DNA of 34,867 nucleotides from Bacteroidota bacterium (lineage in GTDB: Bacteria; Bacteroidota; Bacteroidia; Bacteroidales; UBA12077). The DNA is taken from NCBI GenBank assembly GCA_051747065.1, contig JBNJFT010000004.1, forward strand, positions 1-34,867. Direction: 5' to 3'. Below, in pieces: positions 19,081 through 28,672 of this stretch (position 1 is its first letter; each line of letters begins with the position of its first letter). Made by a program: the position numbers and the translations under genes. The notes under the pieces were generated by a model, which saw only the letters and a program-made list of their open reading frames with translations, did no database searches and had not been told where the DNA came from.

Positions 19081-19845
19081 TTAATCGTTTAAAAAAGAAG
19101 TCAACGGGCTGGTAGAATGTGCTTTATTTGATTTTTCTCCAAGTTTAGCATGATATGCCATCCTCCCTGCCTCTACACTCAGCTTGAATGCCTTTGCCAT
19201 TTCCACTGGATTTCCGGCAACGGCAATTGCTGTGTTTACAAGAACAGCATCGGCACCAATCTCCATTGCATCTGCGGCATGAGAAGGTGCACCAATACCA
19301 GCATCAACCACTACGGGTAAATTGCTCTGTTCAATAATGATCTTCAGAAATTCACGTGTATTCAAACCTTGGTTGCTTCCAATAGGAGAACCCAATGGCA
19401 TTACTGCTGCACTTCCTACTTCTTCGAGTTTCTTGCACAAAACCGGATCGGCCAGTATATAAGGCAGAACAATAAAACCATCTTTAGCCAGTTCTTCGGT
19501 AGCTTTCAACGTTTCCTCCCCGTCCGGCAGCAAATATCTTGGATCCGGATGAATTTCCAGTTTAATCAGGTTTGTTCCCAGTGCTTCTCTGGCCAGTTGT
19601 GCTGAAAACACGGCTTCTTTAGCATTTCTCACTCCGGATGTGTTGGGAAGAATAGATAATTCTGGCTGATTAAGATAAGAAAGCATATCGTCTGAACTGA
19701 TCTTTTTATTCATCCTGCGCAGAGCAACAGTTACCAACTCCGAGCCGGACGCTTTAATTGCTTCCGACATCACTTGATTGGAACTGAATTTTCCTGTTCC
19801 GGTAAATAACCGCGAACGAAATTTTTTATCGCCTATGGTCAACAT
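19081..19845 (-). CDS. thiG: Thiazole synthase
   Basis: [34 protein letters not shown] and VDAGIG motifs. Confidence 0.97.
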   Translation of the reverse strand: MLTIGDKKFRSRLFTGTGKFSSNQVMSEAIKASGSELVTVALRRMNKKISSDDMLSYLNQPELSILPNTSGVRNAKEAVFSAQLAREALGTNLIKLEIHPDPRYLLPDGEETLKATEELAKDGFIVLPYILADPVLCKKLEEVGSAAVMPLGSPIGSNQGLNTREFLKIIIEQSNLPVVVDAGIGAPSHAADAMEIGADAVLVNTAIAVAGNPVEMAKAFKLSVEAGRMAYHAKLGEKSNKAHSTSPLTSFLND

Positions 19846-20512
19846 GTTGGTTTGTTTGTTTTAGTTTATTAATGAGTTGCCTTGTGGATTTTTCTATGTC
19901 ATTGCTATTTGCCAGTGATGAAGAAATAACCACTCCGTGAATACCTGTTGCTACCAATTCTTCAATATCTTCCGGTTCTATTCCCCCAATCGCAAAAACA
20001 GGAAGTGTAATTCCATGAGAATTTAACACGTCCATTATGTTATGAAAACCTTCCAATCCTAATGTTGGAGATAGTTTTTGTTTTGTAGTAGTATGCCGAA
20101 AAGGGCCAAGTCCTACGTAATTTACACCTTTCCGGTAAAGCGCCATAATTTCTTCTGCGCTGTTTGCAGTTCCCCCAATGATTTTTCCCTCACCTAAAAG
20201 TTGCCTTGCTTTTTCCGGTGCCATATCTTCTTTTCCTACGTGAACCCCGTCGGTATCTACCCGAAAGGCAAATTCAACATGGTCATTAACGATTAGTTTT
20301 GCGCCAAAATCACGGCAAATTGCTTTAACATCGGCCCCGGTTTCTGCCCATGTGGAAGCATCTGTTTCTTTTAAACGCAGTTGAATCCATCTGCACCCAC
20401 CTTTACAAACATTTTCGACTTGTTGTGGGATGCTGGTTTCGCTCCACTGATTGGTAATGAATTGCAGCCGCTCTTCAACAGGTATTTTCATTGGGTTTAT
20501 TTCTTTATTCAT
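19826..20512 (-). CDS. thiE: Thiamine-phosphate synthase
   Basis: [34 protein letters not shown] and AIGGI. Start placed at MNKEIN (20512). Confidence 0.9.
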   Translation of the reverse strand: MNKEINPMKIPVEERLQFITNQWSETSIPQQVENVCKGGCRWIQLRLKETDASTWAETGADVKAICRDFGAKLIVNDHVEFAFRVDTDGVHVGKEDMAPEKARQLLGEGKIIGGTANSAEEIMALYRKGVNYVGLGPFRHTTTKQKLSPTLGLEGFHNIMDVLNSHGITLPVFAIGGIEPEDIEELVATGIHGVVISSSLANSNDIEKSTRQLINKLKQTNQHVDHRR

Positions 20513-21140
20513 AAATCGATTTTTTGAGTTCGCTGAATTGTTTCTGTAAGTTTTCCATATCAGGATATTGAGAAAAATTTTTCCAAAGGCAGCCCAATAC
20601 AGCATATCCACTAAAAGGAATATTCTGTAGCGCCTTAATATTGTCTGGATTTATGCCGCCAAGTGCGATAATTTCTGTATTTATTTCATTTTGGCTAAAA
20701 AAATTGCTTAAATTATCTACCGAAAACCCCGATTTGTGACCCTCTTTCGAGATGCTGTTAAAAACCGGGCTGATAAAGGCATAGTCGTAATTAGCGCCCA
20801 GCAATATAACTTCATCTTCGCTGTGCGTTGAAATGCTAATGTGGTACCCTTCAAATTTTTCTTCTATATCCGTGTTTTTGGTTTTCCGGGTGATATGCAC
20901 ACCCTTTAATCCATAAATTTTCACCAGTTCATAATGATTGTGCAAAATAATATTTGCGTAAAACTCTTCAGGAATTTTCTGCAGTAGATGTTCGAGCTCT
21001 TCTGTCTCCCAATTTGGTTTTCTCAGATGAAAATATTTCAAGCCCGTTTGAAAAAGGCTGCTTATCGCTTTCGCCTCTTGATCAAGCCAACCCGGGTGGG
21101 ATATAACTATGAGTTTCTTATTTTCTGATATGGATCTCAT
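20505..21140 (-). CDS. ThiE-like/TenI family protein
   Basis: FHLRKP, STHS, YAFISPVFNSISKEG and IIALGGI. Start uncertain (21140 or 21170). Confidence 0.8.
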   Translation of the reverse strand: MRSISENKKLIVISHPGWLDQEAKAISSLFQTGLKYFHLRKPNWETEELEHLLQKIPEEFYANIILHNHYELVKIYGLKGVHITRKTKNTDIEEKFEGYHISISTHSEDEVILLGANYDYAFISPVFNSISKEGHKSGFSVDNLSNFFSQNEINTEIIALGGINPDNIKALQNIPFSGYAVLGCLWKNFSQYPDMENLQKQFSELKKSIYE

Positions 21141-21222
21141 TGCCCGTGTTGATGTCATGAATTTCCCCATTAATGTACTTTTTTGTTGATCCTGGCAGCG
21201 GTGATTGGCTTATGTTACTCAT
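21118..21222 (-). pseudogene. thiC: Probable thiC relic (34-codon ORF MSNISQSPLPGSTKKYINGEIHDINTGNEIHIRK)
   Basis: Not in the ORF track. It sits where thiC usually lies (after thiS, before the tenI-like gene). The N-terminal part resembles the start of long-form ThiC (P.P.S.K.Y..G..H.I) and the end resembles the ThiC C-terminus (G.EIY). Confidence 0.65.
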
Positions 21223-21335
21223 TCCATGGTTTTTAATTTATGTATAAGAGTTGAAAACAGAAAATTCCTTTTCCTAAAGACAGCAATTAAAGTGATTAAA
21301 TCTGCCAAAAGGATTTACTAAAAGCTTAGGTTCAA

Positions 21336-21539
21336 TTATCCGCCTTGTGATATTTCAATAAGTAAGACTTTATCTCCTTCCTTCAGGGCTGTTGTATCCC
21401 ACTTGTTTTTGGGAACGACTTGCTGATTTAAGGCAACGGCAAATCCAGCTTTATCGATAAAATTCATTTCCTTCAGGATAGATGAAACGGTAGAATTTTC
21501 TGGCACTATCTGTTTTTCTTGATTTACAATGATTTCCAT
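21336..21539 (-). CDS. thiS: Sulfur carrier protein ThiS
   Basis: 67 aa with FAVALNQQVVPK..W and C-terminal QGG. Confidence 0.95.
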   Translation of the reverse strand: MEIIVNQEKQIVPENSTVSSILKEMNFIDKAGFAVALNQQVVPKNKWDTTALKEGDKVLLIEISQGG

Positions 21540-21602
21540 ATGCAAAATTTTTGTTTTCTTTAACTCAGGAATAGTGCCGGTAAAATATACGGAATGAGAT
21601 TA

Positions 21603-21682
21603 TCTTTTTCCTCCGGCAGCACTAACTGCTTCAGGTTCAAAGGGTATGATCTCAGCCCGTATTTTGGGCACCCCTGTTTGAT
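21603..21682 (-). promoter_or_regulatory. TPP riboswitch
   Basis: Reverse complement AGGGGTGCCC..GGGCTGAGATCATACCCTTTGAACCTGAAGCAGTTAGTGCTGCCGGAGGAAA has the canonical GCTGAGA, ATACCC and GAACCTGA motifs. Upstream of thiS. Confidence 0.95.
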
Positions 21683-21689
21683 TTGTTTA

Positions 21690-21697
21690 CAAAATTA
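21690..21697 (-). promoter_or_regulatory. -7 promoter box for the thi operon
   Basis: TAATTTTG immediately 5' of the riboswitch. Confidence 0.6.
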
Positions 21698-21714
21698 GTG
21701 AAATTTTGTTCATA

Positions 21715-21744
21715 AAAAAAGCCGGGACAAAACCCCGGCTTTTT
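21715..21744 (-). terminator. Intrinsic terminator of trxA
   Basis: AAAAAAGCCGGG-loop-CCCGGCTTTTT. Confidence 0.85.
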
Positions 21745-21774
21745 CTATCTCAATTATTTAATAAGATTAATAAC

Positions 21775-22143
21775 TTAGTTCTGTTGGCCTGTTTGTACTT
21801 TTAATACATCTGAAATTGCCTTTTCAATTGTATCTTTGGGCAAAGCGCCCTGAGCCATTTGAGGTTGCTCGTCTTTAGGAATAAACAATATAGACGGAAT
21901 ACTTCGTATTCCAAACATCGCAGCAAGTTCCTGCTGATCTTCGGTGTCTATTTTGTAAACATCTATTTTTCCTTCATATTCCTGTGCAATTTCTTCAAGA
22001 ATGGGGGATACAATTTTGCAGGGCTGACACCAGTCTGCATAAAAATCTATGATTACTGGTTTGTCTCCTTCAAATTTCCAGTCCTTGTTTTCTTCAAAAT
22101 TGAAGATTTTTTCCTTAAAAGTTTCTTTTGTTAAATGTTCCAT
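21775..22143 (-). CDS. trxA: Thioredoxin
   Basis: DFYADWCQPCK and FGIRSIPS motifs. Confidence 0.9.
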   Translation of the reverse strand: MEHLTKETFKEKIFNFEENKDWKFEGDKPVIIDFYADWCQPCKIVSPILEEIAQEYEGKIDVYKIDTEDQQELAAMFGIRSIPSILFIPKDEQPQMAQGALPKDTIEKAISDVLKVQTGQQN

Positions 22144-22276
22144 TAAATTGTGTTTTTATTTATTTACTACTTTAATTATCTAACAATTAATAAAATTAAA
22201 TGTTTGAATAATATTAGTCAAACCTTATGCCAAAAAAATATAAACCTTAAAACCCTTCAAATATTTGAAATAATTG

Positions 22277-22284
22277 TAATTTTG
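22277..22284 (+). promoter_or_regulatory. -7 promoter box for cca
   Basis: TAATTTTG about 33 nt upstream of ATG 22318. Confidence 0.5.
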
Positions 22285-22317
22285 TCATGAAGTTTTCAAA
22301 AATTGTCATATCTATAT

Positions 22318-23727
22318 ATGAAGAAATGTCTTAATCATCCGGTTTTCAAAACAGTCTCTGAAGTGATAGAAGAAGAAGGTTGGGTAGCATACGCAATTGG
22401 AGGTTATGTAAGAGATTGCTATCTGAAACGCCCTTCAAAGGATATTGATATTGTAGTTTTGGGAAGTGGAATTGAACTTGCGGAAAAAACCGCAAACAAA
22501 CTGGGTATTAAACAAGTGAGTGTGTTTAAAAACTTCGGAACAGCAATGCTAAGGTATGAAGATGTTGAAATTGAATTTGTAGGTGCCAGGCGAGAATCTT
22601 ATGATCGAAATAGCAGAAAACCAATAGTGGAAGACGGCACATTGGAAGATGACCAAAAACGGCGGGATTTTACCATTAATGCCCTTGCAATGAGTTTGAA
22701 TAAGAATAATTATGGAGAACTGACAGACCCGTTTGAAGGGCTTAAGGATCTGAAAAACAAAACAATTCGCACTCCACTCGAACCCAGCCGTACGTTTTCA
22801 GATGATCCTTTAAGAATGATGCGGGCGATACGTTTTGCAACTCAATTAAGATTCTATATTGAAGAACATACTTTAGAAGCAATTACTGAAAATGCCAACC
22901 GGATTGAGATCGTTTCAAATGAACGCATTGTAGAAGAACTGCATAAGATATTGCTTTCACCTAAACCTTCAATTGGTTTTACCTTGTTGGACAAGACAGG
23001 TTTGCTGAATTACTTTTTACCTGAACTGAGTCAGTTGAAAGGAGTGGAGGAACGCAATGGCTGGAGTCACAAAGACAATTTTCAGCACACACTGCAGGTA
23101 GTAAACAATGTTGCCCGTAAAAGTGATAAACTTTGGCTTCGCTGGGCAACTTTATTGCATGATATTGGCAAGCCCATAACCAAAAGGTTTAATAAGGAGC
23201 AGGGCTGGACATTTCATGGACATGATAAAGTAGGGGCAGATATGATTCCTGCTCTTTTCAAAAGGTTGAGATTGCCCTTAAATGAAAAAATGAAATATGT
23301 TCAAAAATTAGTTGAATTACACCTTCGTCCGATCGCCCTGGTAGAAGAAGTAACTGATTCCGCATTGCGCCGCTTATTATTCGAGGCTGGAGATGACCTT
23401 GAAGATTTAATGATTTTATGCGAAGCTGACATCACATCAAAAAACATGAAAAGGCTGAAACGCTTTTTGAACAATTTCCAAAGGGTGCGGCGAAAACTTA
23501 AAGAAATAGAAGAAAAAGACCGGGTGAGAAACTTCCAGCCTCCTGTTTCCGGTGAAGTCATTATGAAAACTTTTGATATCAAACCGGGAAGAAATGTCGG
23601 AATCATCAAAAATGCCATTAAAGATGCCATCCTTGACGGCAAAATAGAAAATGACTATCAGCAAGCGTATGATTTTATGATTGAAAAAGGGAAAGAGCTC
23701 GGATTGAAGCCGGTGAATGATGAATAA
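22318..23727 (+). CDS. cca: CCA tRNA nucleotidyltransferase with HD domain
   Basis: [32 protein letters not shown] and LLHDIGKP motifs. Confidence 0.9.
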   Translation: MKKCLNHPVFKTVSEVIEEEGWVAYAIGGYVRDCYLKRPSKDIDIVVLGSGIELAEKTANKLGIKQVSVFKNFGTAMLRYEDVEIEFVGARRESYDRNSRKPIVEDGTLEDDQKRRDFTINALAMSLNKNNYGELTDPFEGLKDLKNKTIRTPLEPSRTFSDDPLRMMRAIRFATQLRFYIEEHTLEAITENANRIEIVSNERIVEELHKILLSPKPSIGFTLLDKTGLLNYFLPELSQLKGVEERNGWSHKDNFQHTLQVVNNVARKSDKLWLRWATLLHDIGKPITKRFNKEQGWTFHGHDKVGADMIPALFKRLRLPLNEKMKYVQKLVELHLRPIALVEEVTDSALRRLLFEAGDDLEDLMILCEADITSKNMKRLKRFLNNFQRVRRKLKEIEEKDRVRNFQPPVSGEVIMKTFDIKPGRNVGIIKNAIKDAILDGKIENDYQQAYDFMIEKGKELGLKPVNDE

Positions 23728-23747
23728 CTTTCCTGGAAAATTCTACT

Positions 23748-24154
23748 TAGGCAATTTCAGTAGTAGCGGCTAAATTTGAAAAAAGTAGATAGTAGATAGC
23801 ATCGATTAATCAGGCAGTTTCAGAAGTACCGGCTATATTCTTATAAGAATCCAGAATGAAGAACTCAGAATACGATAAGGCTAACTATCAATGAAATATA
23901 AATAATTGTATAGGTATTTTAATGTGTTAATTAAAAGAATGAGCATTTTATAAAATTCCTATTAAAAAACGAGGTCATATCTTCTCTCCTGCCTGCTGCT
24001 TAATTTTTTCTCTTTTCCTTTCTCTGTTCAAACGCTGACAGGCCTTGAAGGCGCTGTCAGGTTTTTCTCCTCGCTGCTACTGCTTCTGCGACTGCTTACT
24101 CATTAATTAAATGATGGCCTTTATAATATTTGCCCCTACTTCTGAAATTGCCTA
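23748..24154. mobile_element. Nested MITE-like repeat cluster, locus C
   Basis: Outer inverted ends TAGGCAATTTCAGTAGT (23748) and ACTTCTGAAATTGCCTA (24138-24154) match 16/17. Internal end at 23811. Segment 24078-24153 is homologous to 31573-31648. Confidence 0.75.
24030..24064. repeat. REP-like hairpin CTGACAG-GCCTTGAAGGC-G-CTGTCAG
   Basis: Nested inverted repeat inside locus C. Confidence 0.5.
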
Positions 24155-24177
24155 AAGTAATAGAAAAAGATAGTGTC

Positions 24178-24981
24178 TTATGCTTTCTTCTTCTTTTTGT
24201 TATTTTTTTCTTGTATTTCTTCAGCGATATCAGAGTCAACCAGAATTCTTCCACAATATTCGCATACAATAATCTTTTTCCTTGAACGAATATCCAACTG
24301 TCTTTGCGGAGGTATTTTGTTAAAGCAACCACCACAGGCACCACGTTCAACTCTTACAACGGCGAGGCCATTTCTTGCATTTTCTCTGATTCGGGTATAT
24401 GCATTAACTAATCTGTCCTCAATAAGTTTTTTAATTTCTTCAGACCGTTTATTTAGCTTTTCCTCGTCCTTTTTCGTTTCAGCAATAATAGAATCGAGTT
24501 CGTCTTTTTTATTTTGAAGGTCCTGCTTTCGCTCATCGAGTTCTTTTTTTGCTTCATCAATGTCTTTTTGGCGGTGCTCTATTTTATTCTCGAATTCTTT
24601 GATATGTTTCTGCCTCAATTCAATTTCCAGTGTCTGAAATTCAATTTCTTTAGACAAGGATTCGTACTCGCGGTTATTTCTTACATTATTTTGTTGCTTT
24701 TTATATTTTTCAATTAAAGCCTCAGACTCTTTAATTTCATTCTTTTTATTTGAAATAGAAGTTTCCAGTTCTTTTACTTCATCTTCAAAATTTTTCAGGC
24801 GTGTTTCTAAACCGGCTACCTCGTCTTCTAAATCCTGCACCTCCAAAGGCAGTTCTCCACGCAGTCTTTTGATTTCATCAATGGAAGAATCAACAGTTTG
24901 TAATTCGTACATTGCCCTTAGCTTATCCTCAACAGAAATCTCTTTGGGATCTGCTGCTTTTTTATTTTTTGTAGCTGCCAT
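24178..24981 (-). CDS. Coiled-coil C4-type zinc-ribbon domain protein
   Basis: Long coiled coil plus CGGC..CEYCGRIL. Usual partner of the Nif3-like gene. Confidence 0.88.
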   Translation of the reverse strand: MAATKNKKAADPKEISVEDKLRAMYELQTVDSSIDEIKRLRGELPLEVQDLEDEVAGLETRLKNFEDEVKELETSISNKKNEIKESEALIEKYKKQQNNVRNNREYESLSKEIEFQTLEIELRQKHIKEFENKIEHRQKDIDEAKKELDERKQDLQNKKDELDSIIAETKKDEEKLNKRSEEIKKLIEDRLVNAYTRIRENARNGLAVVRVERGACGGCFNKIPPQRQLDIRSRKKIIVCEYCGRILVDSDIAEEIQEKNNKKKKKA

Positions 24982-24982
24982 A

Positions 24983-26077
24983 TTAGTAATAGTTTATTGG
25001 ATTCGTATTTATCTTTGAAAAATGGACTGCAAAATTAGGAAAATTTTCTGTAAGTACTTCATAAAAAATTTCTTTCGTTACTTTTTCACTTTCATAATGT
25101 CCAATATCGGCAATCAATATTGCATTATCAGCATCGAAAAAATGATGATATTTAAAATCGGCGGAAACGAGCGCGTCAGCCCCTGCTTTTTTAGCGTCAT
25201 CAAGAAGAAAGCTACTGCTTCCGCCCCCAATCGCAACTTTTTCTACAGTTTTTTGAAGAAATTTTGTATGTCTAATGCAACCGGTTTCAAATGATTCCTT
25301 TAGAAAGTGTAGAAAATCAGATTCCTTCATTCCCTCTGAAAAAGAACCTATTACACCGGCTCCTGCTTCGGTATATAAATTATTAAGCGGATATAGGTCA
25401 TACGCTACCTCCTCGTAAGGATGCGAATCAAATAATGCCTTGAGGACCTGGTTGGTTTTGTATTTTGGAAAAACAGTTTCAACCCGGGTTTCATCTTCAA
25501 AATGCAGCTTTCCTTTTTCGCCTACATAAGGATTTGTTCCCTCGCCTGCTCTGAAAGTACCTTGTCCTTTAAGGTTGTAGCTACATGAGTCATAGTCGCC
25601 TATTTGGCCTGCTCCGGTATCAAACACTGCATCGCGAACATCATCAGCATTTGCGTGAGGAACAAAAAATACTAACTTGACCAATTGATTTTTCATTGGC
25701 CTTAAAATTTGAACATCCCTCAGGCCTATTTTTTCTGCAAGTTTAATATTGACGCCCTTGCCCGAATGATCAAGGTTTGTATGTGCAGAATAGATAGCAA
25801 TATTGTTTTGAAGAGCTTTTAAAACTATGCGTTCCACATAGTTCTTGCCCGTTAAACTCTTTAAACCTGAAAAAATCACAGGATGATGCGAAATGATAAA
25901 ATTGGCATCTTTCTTCAAAGCTTCATCTATGACATCTTCTGTCACATCTACGCAGGCAAGAATGCCTTTTAGTTCTTGTTCTCCGTCCCCTAATTGAAAC
26001 CCTGAATTATCATAATCTTCCTGCAGGGCGGTGGGGAAGTAACGCTCCAAAAAGTTTACCAATTCCTTTATTTGCAT
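24983..26077 (-). CDS. Nif3-like dinuclear metal center protein (YbgI/NIF3 family)
   Basis: DYDNSG, SHHP, HTNLD, HPYEEVAYD and DIGHYESE motifs. Confidence 0.92.
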   Translation of the reverse strand: MQIKELVNFLERYFPTALQEDYDNSGFQLGDGEQELKGILACVDVTEDVIDEALKKDANFIISHHPVIFSGLKSLTGKNYVERIVLKALQNNIAIYSAHTNLDHSGKGVNIKLAEKIGLRDVQILRPMKNQLVKLVFFVPHANADDVRDAVFDTGAGQIGDYDSCSYNLKGQGTFRAGEGTNPYVGEKGKLHFEDETRVETVFPKYKTNQVLKALFDSHPYEEVAYDLYPLNNLYTEAGAGVIGSFSEGMKESDFLHFLKESFETGCIRHTKFLQKTVEKVAIGGGSSSFLLDDAKKAGADALVSADFKYHHFFDADNAILIADIGHYESEKVTKEIFYEVLTENFPNFAVHFSKINTNPINYY

Positions 26078-26106
26078 AAAATGATTTAAGTTTATTTTCG
26101 AGGAAA

Positions 26107-26454
26107 TTATTCAATATTTTCCAAATCCTCACGAATATCAACAAGCATTGAGCGAATTTGTTTGAGGGATTCTATAACTTTGAAGTTGTATATAGTGCCT
26201 TCCCTGTTTTCTTTCATTTTCTTTTTCGCACCTTTTAAAGTCATTCCCAAATCTTTTACCAGGTAATAGATTATATGAAAGTTTTCAATATCTTTTTCTG
26301 TAAAATACCGGTTGCCTTTTTTGTTTTTTTTGGGGTTAATAACATCAAATTCCTTCTCCCAATAACGAATTAATGAAGTATTCACTCCAAACATTTCAGC
26401 AACTTCGCCGATACTATAATATAATTTTTCAACTTTTTTTTCTTTATAAGGCAT
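26107..26454 (-). CDS. MerR family transcriptional regulator
   Basis: YYSIGEVAEMFGVNTSLIRYWEKEF..GNRYF. Confidence 0.9.
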   Translation of the reverse strand: MPYKEKKVEKLYYSIGEVAEMFGVNTSLIRYWEKEFDVINPKKNKKGNRYFTEKDIENFHIIYYLVKDLGMTLKGAKKKMKENREGTIYNFKVIESLKQIRSMLVDIREDLENIE

Positions 26455-26533
26455 AAGCAAACAATTTGCGAAATATTAACAAATAGGCAAAACTTAATTT
26501 GGAAAGTTGTTATTGTATCCAGTCAAAAACATA

Positions 26534-27505
26534 TTAATCAAAAGATTGACCACTGTTTCGTGAGATAAAAATCATTTTTTCATATTGTTCGGGAGTCAGG
26601 TCATTAAAATAATAATGAACCGGATTGACTTTTTCATCCCCTTTTTCCACTTCATAATGAAGGTGGGGGGCTGTAGATAGTCCGGAATTGCCTAAATAAC
26701 CAATTACATCCCCTCTTTTGACTTTTTGTCCTTTCCTCACATTAAAATCAGCGAGATGAGCATATCGGGTTTTGTAGCCGAACCCATGATCAATGACTAC
26801 TCTTTTTCCGTACCCGCGGTAAGAGTCCTTTACTTTCTTAACAACCCCATCGCCGGTAGCATAAACTTCAGTACCCGTTGAAGCGGTAAAATCCATACCC
26901 TCGTGAAATTTTTTAATTTTATAGATGGGATGAATTCGCCAGCCAAATCCTGAAGCAGTTCGGGTAAGATCTTCGTTTGATACCGGCATAATAGCTGGAA
27001 TAGCTGACAACATTTCTTTTTTATTATCAGCCATATTTATTATCTCGTCATAGGACCTGGATTGCACATAAAGCTGTTTTGATAATTTATCCAGCCTCTT
27101 GGATGTTTTTATAACCAATTCGGAATTTTCAAGGTTTTTTAATTTATTATAGTGTTCAGTTCCACCATATCCTGCTTCTCTGACGGAAGAAGGTATTGGG
27201 TCGGTTTCAAAAATAGTGCGATAAATGTTATTGTCACGCTGTTGCAAATCTTGCAGTGTGTTTTCTACTAAATCAAATCGTTTATCGAGAATTTCATATT
27301 GAAGTTTAAGTTGTTCATTCTCTCTTTTCAAACCTTTTTCTTTGGGAGTATCAAAAAAAGTGCTGAATACCAAGTTGTAAACCACAGCAATTACCACAGT
27401 GGCAAAGAAATAAGTAAGAAAACGGAAGAACTTATCTTTCCAGGTAAGTTTCACCTTTTCATACTTAACTGTTTTGGGGTTATATTTATACTTAAACTTC
27501 TCCAT
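26534..27505 (-). CDS. M23 family metallopeptidase
   Basis: N-terminal TM segment, coiled coil, HEGMD and APHLHYEV. Confidence 0.92.
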   Translation of the reverse strand: MEKFKYKYNPKTVKYEKVKLTWKDKFFRFLTYFFATVVIAVVYNLVFSTFFDTPKEKGLKRENEQLKLQYEILDKRFDLVENTLQDLQQRDNNIYRTIFETDPIPSSVREAGYGGTEHYNKLKNLENSELVIKTSKRLDKLSKQLYVQSRSYDEIINMADNKKEMLSAIPAIMPVSNEDLTRTASGFGWRIHPIYKIKKFHEGMDFTASTGTEVYATGDGVVKKVKDSYRGYGKRVVIDHGFGYKTRYAHLADFNVRKGQKVKRGDVIGYLGNSGLSTAPHLHYEVEKGDEKVNPVHYYFNDLTPEQYEKMIFISRNSGQSFD

Positions 27506-27508
27506 TTT

Positions 27509-28480
27509 TTAATCCATTGGATTTCTGGATTTTGAAGCCACTTCAATCATCTCATCATATTCCTCTGCCGTTACATCATTAAAATAATAATGCATTGGAT
27601 TCACCGCCCGATTGTTTCTTCTTATCTCATAATGAAGGTGCGGCCCTGTGGATCGGCCAGTATTGCCTAAAGTTCCTATGACATCACCTCTGCTTACTTC
27701 ATCTCCTTCTTCTACTCCAATCTTGCGTAGATGAGCATAAATTGTTTTGTATCCAAATCCATGGTCGATTATCACTTCTTTTCCGTAACCAAAACGGCTG
27801 AATTCAGCCTTAATTACTTTTCCGTCACCGGTTGCATAAATATCGGTTCCAACAGGCCCGGTAAAATCCATACCTCTATGCATACGGATCTTTCCGTTAA
27901 AAGGATCCTTGCGTTTTCCAAAATAATCACTTATTCGTCTAAAATCATCAATTGCTATTGGCTGGACAGCAGGAATACATGAGTTCATTTCTTCCTTGTT
28001 CCTGGCCAAAACGGCAACAGAATCAAAAGATTTGGACTGGATATAGACTCGTTTTCTTAAATTTGAAATTTTGTTTGCAGTTTTAACTAATTTTTCAGAA
28101 TAAGGTAGGTTTTCCAGTTCTCTGAATTCCTCAGCTCCTCCAGTTCCTGCTTCCCTGATGTTATCCGGAATTGGCTCTAATTCAAAGATGGGTCTGTATA
28201 GTCTGTCATCCCGTCGTTCTACCAATTCCAGGTGAGAATTAATTTCCTCTAATTGGTCTTGCAAAACATCAAACTTCCATTCAATTTCTTCTTGTTCTGC
28301 TTTTAATTCTTTAACCTGGGGTGTGTCGTAATAAGATGTGACAATAACATGTAGAATTATAGCGGTAACAACTGTCACAAAGAAAAAGGATAATATATTG
28401 ATGAGCTTCTTTTTTGAAGAGACCCTTATTTTTTTGTAAGTAAGCGTATATGGATCAAATCGATATTTTATTTTTGCCAT
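27509..28480 (-). CDS. M23 family metallopeptidase (tandem paralog)
   Basis: N-terminal TM segment, coiled coil, HRGMD and GPHLHYEI. Confidence 0.92.
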   Translation of the reverse strand: MAKIKYRFDPYTLTYKKIRVSSKKKLINILSFFFVTVVTAIILHVIVTSYYDTPQVKELKAEQEEIEWKFDVLQDQLEEINSHLELVERRDDRLYRPIFELEPIPDNIREAGTGGAEEFRELENLPYSEKLVKTANKISNLRKRVYIQSKSFDSVAVLARNKEEMNSCIPAVQPIAIDDFRRISDYFGKRKDPFNGKIRMHRGMDFTGPVGTDIYATGDGKVIKAEFSRFGYGKEVIIDHGFGYKTIYAHLRKIGVEEGDEVSRGDVIGTLGNTGRSTGPHLHYEIRRNNRAVNPMHYYFNDVTAEEYDEMIEVASKSRNPMD

Positions 28481-28672
28481 AAAAAATAATGTTTCTCTTT
28501 TCTTACTACGAATGTAAGGAGTAAATGGTTCGCAAAACTTTGTTCAACTTTAAAATGCTTATTTGTAGCAAATCTAAAGGATTTATTTAATTTTACAAAA
28601 TATTTTAGATAAAAATCATTCTTGAGAAAGATATCAAGTGAATGGCGATAAAAAATTTTAAAATAATCTTTT

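Noticed and set aside
21775-22143. Thioredoxin WCQPC instead of WCGPC
   Set aside because: A minor active-site variant in an otherwise ordinary Bacteroidota thioredoxin.
24096-24717. Small ORFs overlapping the zinc-ribbon gene
   Set aside because: Alternative-frame or antisense shadows of a K/E-rich coiled-coil gene.
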